Part shown: piece after piece, positions 36,849 to 52,209 of the stretch
How the letters are laid out: each line of letters begins with the position of its first letter
Position numbering within the stretch: the stretch's first letter is position 1
Origin: Chrysomallon squamiferum
Lineage: Eukaryota; Animalia; Mollusca
DNA: 64,000 bases
NCBI GenBank assembly: GCA_012295275.1
Contig: CM022675.1
Span: 2,418,001 to 2,482,000, forward strand
Direction: 5' to 3'
The notes under the pieces: model-generated
Database searches by the model: none
Told to the model about the DNA's origin: nothing
Seen by the model: the letters and a program-made list of their open reading frames with translations, nothing else
Made by a program: the position numbers and the translations under genes

Positions 36849-37135
36849 CAGATATATAGATAGATAGATAAATAGATAGAGAGAGATATAGATAGATAAA
36901 TAAATAATATTAAAAGTAAAATTAGAAATTGGCATTTGAAATTAAAAATTTAATTGAGGACGTTTCTTTTTTGTTTTCTTTTTTTAAATTAAAATCTTTG
37001 AATAGCTTTCTTGCATCTTTACCACAGTTTACGGTTTTATAATTAGTTAATAAATTATCACTTTCAGTACGTAATTAAATACTAATAAATCAAGGCAATT
37101 TTAATCTTGTATAATTATTGTGATCAAACTATAGC
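34860..37135 (+). repeat. Diverged direct duplication 34860-35250 / 36660-37135
   Basis: Shared tgtcagtaaaa.aatacagaatcatca.tgtaacac and aacttttgtttctaattt, etc. Confidence 0.75.
35829..36179. mobile_element. hAT (Charlie/MER58-like) non-autonomous DNA transposon/MITE, degenerate
   Basis: Terminal inverted repeats ggggcgggcaaac / gtttgcccgccgctg and subterminal GGGCC motifs typical of Charlie-type MITEs. The 8-bp flanks atctgagc / atttaaac match at 5/8. Confidence 0.65.
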
Positions 37136-38710
37136 GTTGAGAGTGCGTAATTACAGCATAAAGACAGTTCATACAACTATTTTTTTTTTGTTCAAGTCGT
37201 ATTCAATTTTAACAGTGAGTGTTAGAGAAAAAAAAACAAAAAACTTCAAAGTAAGTTTAGTTTTTAAAAAAAATGATTTTCGAAAGTTAACGATAAGTTT
37301 TAGGGTAACGTTTAAAATACGCTTTGTCCTTCATCATAACCAGATTTAAATAACTTCTATTTTTTAAATGTTCACTTTGGAAAATTGAATTTTAGGTGAA
37401 AAAAGTTAAAATAACTTTTATTTCAAAAAATTGACTTTGATAAGGTAAGGGTGGGTGATAGTTTATAGATAAATATAACATTTATTTAAAAGGAAAATGT
37501 ACATGATATCAATAACGATACTGCTAGGATTAGGATTAGGGTTACGGTTATGTTTAAGGACAGGTTTACTGTTATATTTTCGGTTAGGATTAATATTATG
37601 TTCAGGATTAGAATTAGGTTTAGATTTAAGTATTTATTTACCTCAACTGACTTTGCTGTAAAAGTCGAACAATCTTATGCCGAACGTAAAGTTAAAATTG
37701 AAAAAAAAAAAAGCTTTTATTTGAAAAACATTATCTTTGTAAAGTTAACGGTTAACATTGGCGGGGGGAAATATTTACTTGAAAAAGTTCGCTTTGGATA
37801 GTTAACAGTGGATGTTTTATAAAACGTTAGTTTATCGCATAGTTATAACTAACAATACAGCTAGAGATAGGGTTAGTGTTAGGTTTTTCTGTTGGCTTGG
37901 TGTTAGGGTTAGTGTATCGAATGTTAAGTGTGGGTCACAAACCTTTAAAAACACGTGTAACACATCACTGCTCATCTAGACTGGTACTCCACTTTCACAA
38001 TAACACTCGCTGTTTTCCTTCACTTGTCATGAATCAACTAACATACGTTTAGATGTTTCTGACTGATTTTAGACTTAAAGGCGTCCTACATCAATAAATA
38101 TAAAACAAATTAAATAAAAAGTGTTTGCCCATTTACTGATATATCTAGACAGTATTTCTGACACTATATTGATAATTATCTGTGTAGTGATTTAAACACC
38201 CAGAAACAAACACATTCACACAATTCTACGAACTAACATAAATACAAATATACTCACTTAAACCACAAACGTATATATGGACAGACGCTCATAGAGAAAC
38301 ATACATTATCAAACATAAACATATAATATAATAATGCTCCCTCAACCCAACCCACCGACAGACACACAGACACATACATGCATGTACAACATTATACACA
38401 TACGGAAACATACACTTACACACATTAACACCAGATATATAGAGACGTGCATTGGTACACGTACAAATAAACACACGTTTACACAAATATATCCACGCAC
38501 ACACTTACACTCAAATATCTACACTTATATGCACACATGCATGCATAGATACAAAAACCTAAGCACGCACGCTGCAGGTAAAATAAACCCGTACCTTAGA
38601 CTACTAAATTCAAAGAAGTAAAGAAAGGACAAACCCGCGCCAGAAAAAAAAAAAAAAAAAAAAAAAGAAGCAAACACTACGTATATATCGCCCGTTGATA
38701 GGAGGTATTT

Positions 38711-38794
<84 letters not shown>

Positions 38795-39245
38795 ACAAAA
38801 ACACACAAACACACATGTTTAAAGTGACTGAATAGAAAATGATGTGTATAAAACATCGATTCTTTACTCTCAGTTCTTTATCAGAGAAGAAAGAAAATAA
38901 AAATGTCTCTGGGCTTGGCTGGTACGTATTCAACTACGGTCACTGACGTCTAGTGCTCCAGAAATACAGATACGCATGACTGGTAATACATACTAAGTTT
39001 TTGGAGAAAGAAGAAAGCTTATGTTTGTGGTTGTTTTTAACCTTAAGTCTAGGACACAAGTACAGGCATACATAAAACTACCTGAGCACATATACATACA
39101 TACATACATACAAAAAGACATACAGACAATATATGTGTATACGTTCTTGGTAGAATGCTAGTTATGTAGAGGTAACGTGTGTCAAGACTTGAACTTAAAT
39201 AAATAAATAAATAATCGTCTTATTTCTCTAGGCTTTCGTCAAAAC

Positions 39246-39334
<89 letters not shown>

Positions 39335-40128
39335 TGTGTGTATTCATAGATAGATAGATAGATAGAAAGATGTTTTTAATTGGTATCTTGTTCGACATGG
39401 GCAGAGTGTGTCCGAACCATAATTCAGTTGATATATTGTTATTGATGTTTATATCGTTGTTTATATGACTTATATCATTACAAGTTCCAATAGCACAAGC
39501 AACAGTAGTAGTTGTAGCAGTAGTTGTTGTTTTTATCGTCTTTGTTCTAGTAATAATTGCCATCAGTCTGCTTGTATTTGCACACATGCATGCATGCATA
39601 CAAAAACCTACGCACGTACGCAGACAAACACAGATATTTAAAGAGACTGAATAGAAAATGATGTGTATAAAACATAGATTCTTTACGCTCGGGGCGTAAG
39701 ACGCAGCTATCAGTCAATTCTTTATTTGAGAAGAAAGAAAATAAAAATGACACCGGGCTGGTCTCGTATGTATGCAACTACGGTCTGCTGCTCTAAAGGA
39801 GCAGATATGCATGACTGGTAATACATACTTAGTTTTCTTTGGCATTATTATTAATTTTTTTTTGCGAAACAAGAAAGCATATGTTTGTGGTTGCCTTTAA
39901 GGTTAAGTCAAGGACAAAAGTAACGGCATACATAAAATGACCCCAGCACACATACATACATTCAAACAATATATACATACATACATACATACACAAACAG
40001 ACAGTACATGTGTATAAGATTTTGGTACGATGCTAGTTATGCAGAGGTAATGTGTGTCCAGACTGTAACTTAAATAAATAAATAAATAAATAAATAATCA
40101 CCTTATTTCGCTAAGCTTTCGTCAAAAC

Positions 40129-40225
<97 letters not shown>

Positions 40226-40578
40226 GAGTTAGATAGATGTTTTTAATTGGTATCTTGTTGCCATCAGTCTACTTTTCAAAAATAATTAAACAAGCTTAGC
40301 ATTCAAACAAATAAAGAAAACAAATAAGAAAGCAAAGAAGGAAATAAGCAAAGAAACAATACAAAGAACAAACAAACAAACAGATAAATGAATAAACAAT
40401 AAAAATAACATATTCCGTAGACATGTATATGTGTATTACAAATATACAATTTTCGATAACCAATGTCTACAAGATCAGCAGCCCAAGAAAAAGAAGAAGA
40501 AGAAGAAGAAGAAGAAGAAGAAGAAGAAGAAGAAGAAGAAGAAGAAAGAGAAGAGATATACGAAATGTTTCGGTAACA

Positions 40579-40687
40579 TATAAATAGAGCAAATTTCATC
40601 TTAATACACATTTTTATATTTCTTTCCAAACAGAGCACACAGTGTAAGAGAGGAAAACGGTTTACTTGGAGTGTTACAATAAACAAG
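40579..40687 (+). promoter_or_regulatory. Duplicate (distal) candidate TATA box and leader exon of copy 3
   Basis: Near-identical to 47696-47804 with an intact donor. Confidence 0.42.
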
Positions 40688-42901
40688 GTACGTGCAGTTC
40701 ATCTTTCTATATATGTGTACGTATACTACTCCTGTGAATGTACGTGCACAATTTCTATGTATTTTATGTATAGTACGTCAATAAATGTATGTGGATATTT
40801 CCATGTATGTGTATATATACTACATCAATACATGTGTGTACACTTTCTATATATGTGTATGAATGCTACGTCAATACATGTGTATACACTTTCTATATAT
40901 ATGTATGTATGCTACGTCAGTAAATGCATATCGACATTTTCAATGTATTTCTAAGTATCCTACTTCAAAAATGCATGTATTCCTTCTATACATTTGTATG
41001 TATATTACTGATTAAAATAAATGTCTACACTTTGTATATACTTGTACAGGAACAAATATATGTGTCTGCGGGCGTTTATTTGTATGTACGTTTATTCAGT
41101 GAATGTCTGCTTACATGTCCAGATTCATTACTTCAGTAAATGTGCATGTTTGACTTCTGTACATTTGCAGGAAGATCAGTTTACATATATCTACGCATTA
41201 TTTATATGTAAGCATGTTATTCAGTTGACAATTGTACTCACTTTTATGTACTATAGCACGCACGTTATTTCAGTGGACAATTATACTCACTTTTTATGTA
41301 CATTAGCTTCAGTCACGCATTTTACTTTGATAAATTTGTTCCATCCGTTGCCTGTAAATTTGTATTGTTTAAGTGTCCATTAGTGTCCACTTTCAGTGTA
41401 ATTTGTAAACTTTCTGTAAATACATATGTACATATCAGTCAATGTAATTTTATTTCTTTAGTGTCCACTTTCTGTAAATGTGTTCAATGTGTTTGTACAG
41501 TGTACACTTTCTCTAAATACATATGTACATTACTTCAGTCAATGTAATTTGTATAACTTCTTTAGTGTCCACTTTCTGTAAATACATATGTACATTACTT
41601 CAGTCAATGTGTTTGTACAGTTTCAGGACGTGCGTATACAAGGACATCTGTAAATGTGCCTGTTATAGTGTAATTATATTGTCACGTTACTATATATTCA
41701 TTCAGTGCATTCAAGATCATCTGCGTTTTTTGCATCTGATTTAAAATTATTTATGGGTTCTGATTTATCTCATGAAATAGCAAACGTATCCAAATCATCT
41801 TAAAAGCTATTTTAAAGACTAACTATCTGATCATAAGACACCAACTGAGAAGCTGTATTAACTTTGATTTGTCGATTGGTCCATACACTCACCACTGCAA
41901 CTCGGCTTGTTTAACTTGAACAGTGACTGTACCTGCTATTACATAGCAATCAAATTAGAATACTGGGTAAGGTGTCAGTTTGCGCAAATTCCCAAGATTT
42001 GTGTGTACTATTTTTTGTTTATACATGTATGTTTGTAGGTACGTATATATTAATCCATATTGGTGGGTACAAAACATAAATTTATAATACTACGATGTTA
42101 AGAAAAAGTGTGTATCATAACAGTTAATGATTGATAGTATATTGATAATCATTAGTGTAGTAATTTAAACACCCAGACAAACACATTCACACTCTTCTAC
42201 GAACCAACATAAATACAAATATACTCACTTAAACTACAAACGTATATTTGGTCAGACGCTCATAGAGAAACATAAATTATCAAACATAAACATATAATAT
42301 AATAATGCTCGCTCAACCCAATCCACCCACATACACACAGACACACACAGACACATACATGCATGTACAACATTATAAACTTACGGAAACATAGACTTAC
42401 ACACATTAACACCCCCATCCACATTCACAGACAAGCAGATACATAGGTAGATATGAAACAAAACTCACTGACACATACATACATACCCAAATATATATAG
42501 AGAGAGACAGATGCACTCATATACATACATACATTCACATGCACGTGTTTATATGCACATACAAACATAGATAGATATATACAGACGTGCACTGGCACAC
42601 GTACAAATAAACACACGTTTACACAAATATATCCACGCACACACTTACACTCAAATATCTACACTTATATGAACACATGCATGCATGGATACAAAAATCT
42701 ACGCACGCACGCATCAGGTAAAGGTAAACCCGTACTTCAACTACTAAATTCAAAGAAATAAAGAAAGGACAAACCTGCGCGAAAAAAAAAAAAAAATGAA
42801 ACAGAAAATAACAACAACAAAAAATGAAGACAAAAAGAAGAAAAAAGAAAAGAAAAGAAAAAAAAACACATGTATATATTACCCGTATATACGACGTATT
42901 T

Positions 42902-43113
<212 letters not shown>

Positions 43114-43743
43114 AGACAAACACAGCTATTTAAAGAGACTGAATAGAAAAATGTGTATAAAACATCGATTCTTTACGCTCGGGGCGTAAGACGCAGCTAT
43201 CCCTGAATTCTTTATAAGAGAAGAAAGAAGATAAAAATGACACTGGGCTGGTCTCGTATGTATTCAACCATGGTCTGCTGCTCTAGAAGAGCAGATATGC
43301 ATGACTGGTAATACATACTTAGTTTTCTGTTGAATTTAAAAAAAAAAAAAAATTACGAAACAAGAAAGCATATATTTATGGTTGCCTTTAACGTCAAGTC
43401 AAGTACACAAGTAACGACACACATAAAATGACCCCAGCACACATACATACATACACACACATACATACATACAAACACATATATACATACATACATACAC
43501 ACATACAAACACATACAGACAGTACATGTGTATACGATTTTGGTACGATGCTAGTTATATAGAGGTAACGTGTGTCCAGACTGTAACTTAAATAAATAAG
43601 TACATAAATAAATAAATAAATAAATAAATAAATCATCTTATTTCGCTAGGCTTTTGTTAAATAAATAAATAAATAAATATATATATATATATATTTCGAG
43701 AGAGGCTTTTGAGAGAGAGAGACTATATATATATATATATAGG

Positions 43744-43807
<64 letters not shown>

Positions 43808-45360
43808 TAGATAGATAGATGTTTTTAATTGCTATCTAGTTCGACAAGCGCAGAGTGTGTCCGAATCATAATTCAGTTGATATATTGTTATTGCTGTTTA
43901 TAGCGTTGTTTATATGACTTATATCATTACCAGTTGCAATAGCACTAGTAACAGTAGTAGTTGTAGCAGTAGTTGTTGTTTTTATACACATGTACATCAC
44001 TTCAGTCAATGTAATTTGTATAACTTCTTTAGTGTCCACTTTCTGTAAATACATAGGTACATTATTTCAGTCAATGTGTTTGTACAGTTTCAGGACGTGC
44101 GTATACAAGGACATCTGTAAATGTGCCTGTTATAGTGTAATTATATTGTCACGTTACTATATATTCATGCAGTGCATTCAAGATCATCTGCGTTTTTTGC
44201 ATCTGATTTAAACTAATTGATGGGTTCTGATTTATCTCATCAAACAGCAAACGTATGGAAATCATCTTAAAAGCTATTTTAAAAAATAACTATCTGATCA
44301 TAAGACACCAACTGAGAAGCTGTATTAACTTTGATTTGTCGATTGGTCCATACACTCACCACTGCAACTCGGCTTGTTTAACTTCAACAGTGACTGTACC
44401 AACTATTACATAGCAATCAAATTAGAACACTGGGTAAGGTGTCAGTTTGCATAAAATACCTTAGATTTGTGTGTACTATTTTTTGTTTACGTAAGTATGC
44501 TTGTAAGTACGTATGTATTAATCCATATTGGTGGGTAGAAAACATAAATTTATAATACTACGATGTTAAGAAAAAGTGTGTTTCATAACAGTTAATGATT
44601 GATAGTATATTGATAATCATTAGTGTAGTAATTTAAACACCCAGACAAACACATTCACACTCTTCTACGAACCAACATAAATACAAATATACTCACTTAA
44701 ACCACAAACGTATATTTGGACAGACGCTCATAGAGAAACATACATTATCAAACATAAACATATAATATAATAATGCTCGCTCAACCCAATCCACCCACAT
44801 ACACACAGACACACACAGACACATACATGCATGTATAACATTATACACTTACGGAAACATAGACTTACACACATTAACACCCCCATCCACATTCACAAAC
44901 AAGCAGATACATAGGTATATATGAAACAAAACTCACTGACACATACATACATACACTAATATATATAGAGAGAGACAGATGAACTCATATACATATATAC
45001 ATTCATAAGCACGTGTATATATGCACATACAAACAAAGATAGATATATACAGACGTGCACTGGCACACGTACAAATACACACGTCTACACAAATATATCC
45101 ACGCACACACTTACACTCAAATATCTACACTTATTTGCACACATGCATGCATGGATACAAAAACCTACGCACGCACGCATCAGCTAAAGTAAACCCGTAC
45201 CTTAGACTACTAAATTTCAAGAAATAAAGAAAGGACAAACCCGCGCCAGAAAAAAAAATCAGAAAAAAACAACTGAAAATAAATGAAGAAAAAAAGAAGA
45301 AAAAAAAAAAAAAAAAAAAAAAAAAAACACATGTATATATCGCCTGTACATACGACGTAT

Positions 45361-45469
<109 letters not shown>

Positions 45470-45983
45470 AGACAAACACAGATATTTAAAGAGACTGAAT
45501 AGAAAATGATGTGTATAAAACATCGATTCTTTACGCTCGGGGCGTAAGACGCAGCTATCCCTGAATTCTTTATAAGAGAAGAAAGAAAATAAAAATGACA
45601 CTGGGCTGGTCTCGTATGTATTCAACCACGGTCTGCTGCTCTAGAACAGCAGATATGCATGACTGGTAATACATACTTAGTTTAATGTTGAATTTAAAAA
45701 AAAAAAATTTACGAAACAAGAAAGCATATATTTATGGTTACCTTTAACGTCAAGTCAAGTACACAAGTAACGGCATACATAAAATGACCCCAGCACACAT
45801 ACATACATACAAACACATACATACATACAAACACATACATACATACATACATACATACATACATACATACATACATACATACATACATACATACATACAT
45901 ACAAACACATACAGACAGTACATGTGTATACGATTTTGGTACGATGCTAGTTATATAGAGGTAACGTGTGTCCAGACTGTAAC

Positions 45984-46027
<44 letters not shown>

Positions 46028-46060
46028 CATCTTATTTCGCTAGGCTTTTGTTAAAACGAC

Positions 46061-46103
<43 letters not shown>

Positions 46104-46917
46104 GGAGGAGAGAGAGAGAGAGAGAGAGAGATAGATAGATAGATAGATGTTTTTAATTGCTATCTAGTTCGACAAGCGCAGAGTGTGTCCGAATCATAAT
46201 TCAGTTGATATATTGTTATTGCTGTTTATAGCGTTGTTTATATGACTTATATCATTACCAGTTGCAATAGCACTAGTAACAGTAGTAGTTGTAGCAGTAG
46301 TTGTTGTTTTTATACACATGTACATCACTTCAGTCAATGTAATTTGTATAACTTCTTTAGTGTCCACTTTCTGTAAATACATAGGTACATTATTTCAGTC
46401 AATGTGTTTGTACAGTTTCAGGACGTGCGTATACAAGGACATCTGTAAATGTGCCTGTTATAGTGTAATTATATTGTCACGTTACTATATATTCATGCAG
46501 TGCATGACACTGGGCTGGTCTCGTATGTATTCAACCACGGTCTGCTGCTCTAGAGGATCAGATATGCATGACTGGTAATACATACTTAGTTTTCTGTTTT
46601 TTTTTTTTTTTTTTTTTTTTTTTGCGAAACAAGAAAGCATATATTTGTGGTTGCCTTTAACGTTAAGAAAAGGACCAAAGTAACGGCATACATAAAATGA
46701 CCCCAGCACACATACATACATAAAACACATACTTACATACATACATACATAGATACATACATAAAATGAACCCAGCGCACATATATACATACATACACAT
46801 ATATACATACATACACATATATACATACATACATACAAACACAAACAGACAGTACATGTGTATAAGATTTTGGTACGGTGCTAGTTATATAGAGGTAATG
46901 TGTGTCCAGACTGTAAC

Positions 46918-46957
<40 letters not shown>

Positions 46958-47015
46958 AATATCATCTTATTTCGCTAGGCGTTCGTCAAAACATATAATA
47001 TATATATATATATAT

Positions 47016-47096
<81 letters not shown>

Positions 47097-47652
47097 TAGA
47101 TAGATAGATAGATAGTTAGATAGATGTTTTTAATTTATATCTTGTTCGAGAAGCGCAGAGTGTGGCCGAACCATAATTCAGTTGATATATTTTTATTGCT
47201 GTTTATAGCGTTGCTTATATGACGTATATAGCACTAGCAACAGTAGTAGTTGTATGAGTAGGTGTTGTTTTTATCGTCTTTGTTCTAGTAATAATTGCCA
47301 TCAGTCTACTTTTCAAAAATAATTAAACAAGCTTAGCATTCAAACAAATAAAGAAAACAAATAAAAAAGCAAAGAAGGAAATAAGCAAAGAAACAATACA
47401 AAGAACAAACAAACAAACAGATAAATGAATAAACAATAAAAATAACATATTCCGTAGACATGTATATGTGTATTACAAATATACAATTTTCGATAACCAA
47501 TGTCTACAAGATCAGCAGCCCAGTAAAAATTAGAAGAAGAAGAAGAAGAAGAAGAAGAAGAAGAAGAAGAAGAAGAAGAAGAAGAAGAAAGAGAAGAGAT
47601 ATATGAAATGTTTCGGTAACACTAGTGAAGCGTATCACACACGATTTAAATG

Positions 47653-47688
<36 letters not shown>

Positions 47689-47695
47689 GTTATCA

Positions 47696-47804
47696 TATAA
47701 ATAGAGCAAATCTCATCTTAATACACATTTTTATATTTCTTTCCAAACAGAGCACACAGTGTAAGAGAGGAAAACGGTTTACTTGGAGTGTTACAATAAA
47801 CAAG
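47696..47804 (+). promoter_or_regulatory. Candidate TATA box and non-coding first exon of copy 3 (proximal)
   Basis: TATAAATAGAGC...GAGTGTTACAATAAACAAG|GTACGT, 1.8 kb upstream of the ATG-exon acceptor (49591). Confidence 0.5.
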
Positions 47805-48384
47805 GTACGTGCAGTTCATCTTTCTATATATATGTACGTGTACTACTCCTGTAAATGTACGTGCACAATTTCTATGTATTTTATGTATGGTACGTCAATA
47901 AATGTATGTGGATATTTGCATGTATGTGTATATATACTACATCAATACATGTGTGTACACTTTCTATATATGTGTATGTATGCTACGTCAGTAAATGCAT
48001 ATCGACATTTTCAATGTATTTCTAAGTATCCTACTTCAAAAATGTATGTATTCCTTCTATACATTTGTATGTATATTACTGCTTAAAATAAATGTGTACA
48101 CTTTCTATATACTTGTACAGGAACAAATATATGTGTCTGCAAGCGTACATTTGTATGTACGTTTATTCAGTAAATGTCTGCTTACATGTCCAGATTCATT
48201 ACTTCAGTAAATGTGCATGTTTGACTTCTGTACATTTGCAGGAAGATCAATTTACATATCTCTACGCATTATTTATATGTAAGCACGTTATTCAGTGGAC
48301 AATTGTACTCACTTTTATTAGCACGCATTTTACTTTGATAAATTTGTTTCATCCGTTGTCTGTAAATTTCTATTATAACTTGTT

Positions 48385-48860
48385 TAGTGTCCACTTTCTG
48401 TAAATATACATGTACATTACTTCAGTCAATGTAATTTGTATAACTTGTTTATGTCCAGTTTCTGTAAATACATATGTGCATTACTTCAGTCAATGTGTTT
48501 GTACAACTTGTTTAGTGTCCACGTTCTGTAAATATACATGTACATTACTTCAGTCAATGTAATTTGTATGATATCTTTTTTTATTGTCCACATTCAGTAA
48601 ATATACATGTACATTACATCAGTCAATGTAATTTGTATAACTTGTTTAGTGCCCACGTTCTGTAAATATACATGTACATCACTTCAGTCAATGTAATTTG
48701 TATAACTTGTTTAGTGTCCACTTTCTGTAAGTACATATGTACATTACTTCAGTCAATGCGATTTTATAACTTCTTTAGTGTCCAATATACATATACACAC
48801 AAACACACACACAGACACACATTACTTCAGTCAATGTATTTTGTATGATAACTTTTTTAG
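48385..48860 (+). repeat. ~64-bp minisatellite, about 7 copies (shorter array at 41380-41620)
   Basis: Unit gtgtccactttctgtaaatatacatgtacattacttcagtcaatgtaatttgtataacttgttta. Confidence 0.85.
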
Positions 48861-49603
48861 TGTCGACTTTCTGCAAATGCATCTGTACACTACTTGGGTC
48901 AATGTATTTGTTCAGTTTAGCGTGTGCGCATACAAGGAATTCTTTATATATTCATGCAGTGCATTCAAGATCATCTTCTTCTTTTTCATTTGATTTAAAA
49001 TTATTTATCGGTTCTGATTTATCTCATGAAACAGCAAACGTATCCAAATCATCTTAAAAGCTATTTTAAAGTCTAACTATCTGATTTTAAGACATCAACT
49101 AAGGAGCTGTATTAACTTTGATTTCTCGATTGGTCCATACACTCACCACTGCAACTCGGCTTGTTTAACTTCAACAGTGACTATACCAACTATTACATAG
49201 TAGTCAAATAAGAACATTGGGTAAGGGGTCAGTTTGCGCAAATTCCCCAGATTTGTGTGTACTATTTTTTGTATTATGCATGTATGTTTGTAAGTACGTA
49301 TGTATTAATCCATATTGGTGGATACAAAACATAAATTTATAATATTACGATGTTCAGAAAAAAGTATGTTTCATAACAGTTAATGATTGTGTTAATACTC
49401 TATTGTTTTATGACTTATCTTTGATTATCACAAAGCACCTATATTTCACCGGTACATACAGACAGACAGACACAAACACACTACTATTCATAATATGTAT
49501 CATCATAAGTATTTATTTATTTATTTATTTATTTTTAATTTATTAGATTGTTTCTTTCTTTCTTTGTTATTTTACTTAATTTTCTTTTCAGTATAAAGTA
49601 AAT

Positions 49604-50095
49604 ATGTGGATGTCTTTCGTCCATCTGCTACTGCTAAGTTGTTCCATCACTCTAGGTAAGTTTATTTTCGTCTCTGTTTCTTTATAGAAACATTGTATGT
49701 GTCTGTTGTCACCAAAAGAAGGAGAATTTGAATATACATAGTTCACACAGTGCAACAAAATATTAAAAACAAATACATCATTCAGATTATAGCATTAATA
49801 TTTTAGACACAATTCCTTTAAATGAGGATATATATATTTGATTTTACGTAGTGAAATAGGGTTAAGAACAAGAAGACATCAGTAATTAAATACGATATAT
49901 ATAAAAAGAACTATATAAATAAAATTTAAAAAAAAATGATATAATTACTAATATTTCTAAATAAATAAATAAAATTTTAAATTTCGATATTCTGCTTTCT
50001 TTATTTCATAGTGCGCACTACATATGTCATATCTACTGGTATCTCCACATTATTCTTCCTAACGTCTATTCTCTTCTATTTTATTATTATTATTA

Positions 50096-50135
<40 letters not shown>

Positions 50136-52153
50136 GTTGTTGTTGTTGTTGTTACACCCACTACCACTATTTGAATTTAAACTAAAATTTGTCGCCACAT
50201 ATATTTTTTCTTTGTTTTATTTAATAAAAATGTTCAGTGATGAAACATATCCTATGTTAAGATGTTGTATTTGTTTACAGGTGAAGAGTACTTCGACTGC
50301 AGACGACAGGGTCAGGATTGTGCTAATAATAAAACTTGTCAAAATGACGGCACCTGTGACTGTGGAAATGATTATACTGGCTACAACTGTGAGCTGGAGA
50401 CAAGTCAGTATTCTAATTCCAATACGTTAAGTGTGGTTAACCAAATAGATATATGTAGATTTTTCTTCTTTTTTTCATTTTTTTCCGTTGTTCTTTTTCA
50501 TATCGTGACAGAAACGAAATTTGTGTTTTCAGGTTTGAGTGGTTCAAGTCCGTGTACCAATCAGACTGACTCTTGTGGCTCTGATGGAGGTATCTGTTAC
50601 AACAATAATGCAAGCAAAGCCTGTTTCTGTCCACCTGGTTTCTATGGTGACCAATGTGAAAAGAAAAGATGTGAGTAATTAATTCTACTTAACAAAATAC
50701 AACTGATTTTTTATATCTACCAGTCTTTTACGTAGCAATGAAGGGGAATGATATTCCAGTTGTTTTCAGTATGATCATTTATTATGTATAGGTATATATT
50801 AACTTAGATTACTGTTATTTACTATACATTTCACCTCCCAGTAAAGTAATGTAAAAGAACTAAATCAATAAATATTATTATAATAATGGCAGTAGTAGCA
50901 GTAGTATCATCATATCAATCATCATGATTATTCCTGCTAACAAATACTAATCTTAATATTTGCAGATGATGTTTCCTGTCAGAAAAGTTCTATGTTGATT
51001 ATGATTTATCCTTCTGGAACATTCAATGGTGTCGTCTATGCTAAAGGTGGAAAAGACGCACCAAGTTGCAAATTCACACCATCAGCTCCATCCTCGGGAA
51101 AGCAGGGCGTGGCTCTTAATGTTAAGGATAGTGAATGTGGAGGAGTGACTCAGGTCAGTTCTTTTCCTTTTTTTTTATACTTCTTATTTTCCTTCTTTTT
51201 TTTTTCTTTTTTTTTTCCTTTTTTTTTCTTCTTATTGTTTCTTTCTTAATGAAATATGTTTAAATACTTAGCTACTTCCATAAATTGTTTAAATAAAACA
51301 GATTTAAAGTGTAGTGTATTTGTGGAATTATAATATCAGAAAAAATGTTTTGAACAATATTTGTTGTTATCTTTGTACAAAGTGGTATTAGACATTGATT
51401 GAACATAACTCGTGTAATTGTGACTCGTTCTTAAGGTAAATGGAGGTCGAACTCGAGATGTGATCATTCAGTTCAGTGAAAAGTACATGACAAACCTCGA
51501 CACAAAAGTCTCTGTCACTTGTAGTGAAAAAAACAACGATGCCATAACCGTGACTGTCACCAAAGTGATAACAACCAAAGAAACTGAAAGGTTAGTTTTT
51601 ATTATTGATGTTATTACTATTACTAATAGCAATAGTAGTAGTAGGAGTATTAAATTTGATTAATTTATCATTACTAAGTTTTATTTATTTATCTGATTTC
51701 TTTCTTGGAATGTCATGATATGTTTACTGAGTATGTTAAAAGTTACTAAACAATTGACATTTCACAGTTAATGATTATTGGGTAAACAAAAAATTCAAGG
51801 GAAATATCAACATTTTATTCGAAATTTAAGCAGTGTTTAATATGTTGAAACCAAAAAATAATAATAAGATAAAAACTGTGAATATTTATATCTGACACAC
51901 AAAAAATAAACACACATGGATAGATAGTTAGAGATAGATATAGTGCAGAGACACATCTACATGTTTTTAATCTTCTTTTCCGCAGAAACAGACAGAATAT
52001 CACAAACACAGTTAACTCAATAGACTCCTCGCTTGTCCAGTTCAACATCAACCTCAAAGACGGGTCTTCAGTTTCAGAATCAGCAGCTGTATCTTTAGAT
52101 GAAGAACTTACATTTGAGTTTACTACACGTGGAGCTACTGGTTGTTTCCGTAG

Positions 52154-52209
<56 letters not shown>

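Noticed and set aside
40715-41744. Cys/Tyr-rich ORFs repeated at 43990, 46318 and 47625-48403
   Set aside because: Similarity comes from recent DNA duplication of a TGTA-rich leader intron; frames and stops are not preserved between copies.
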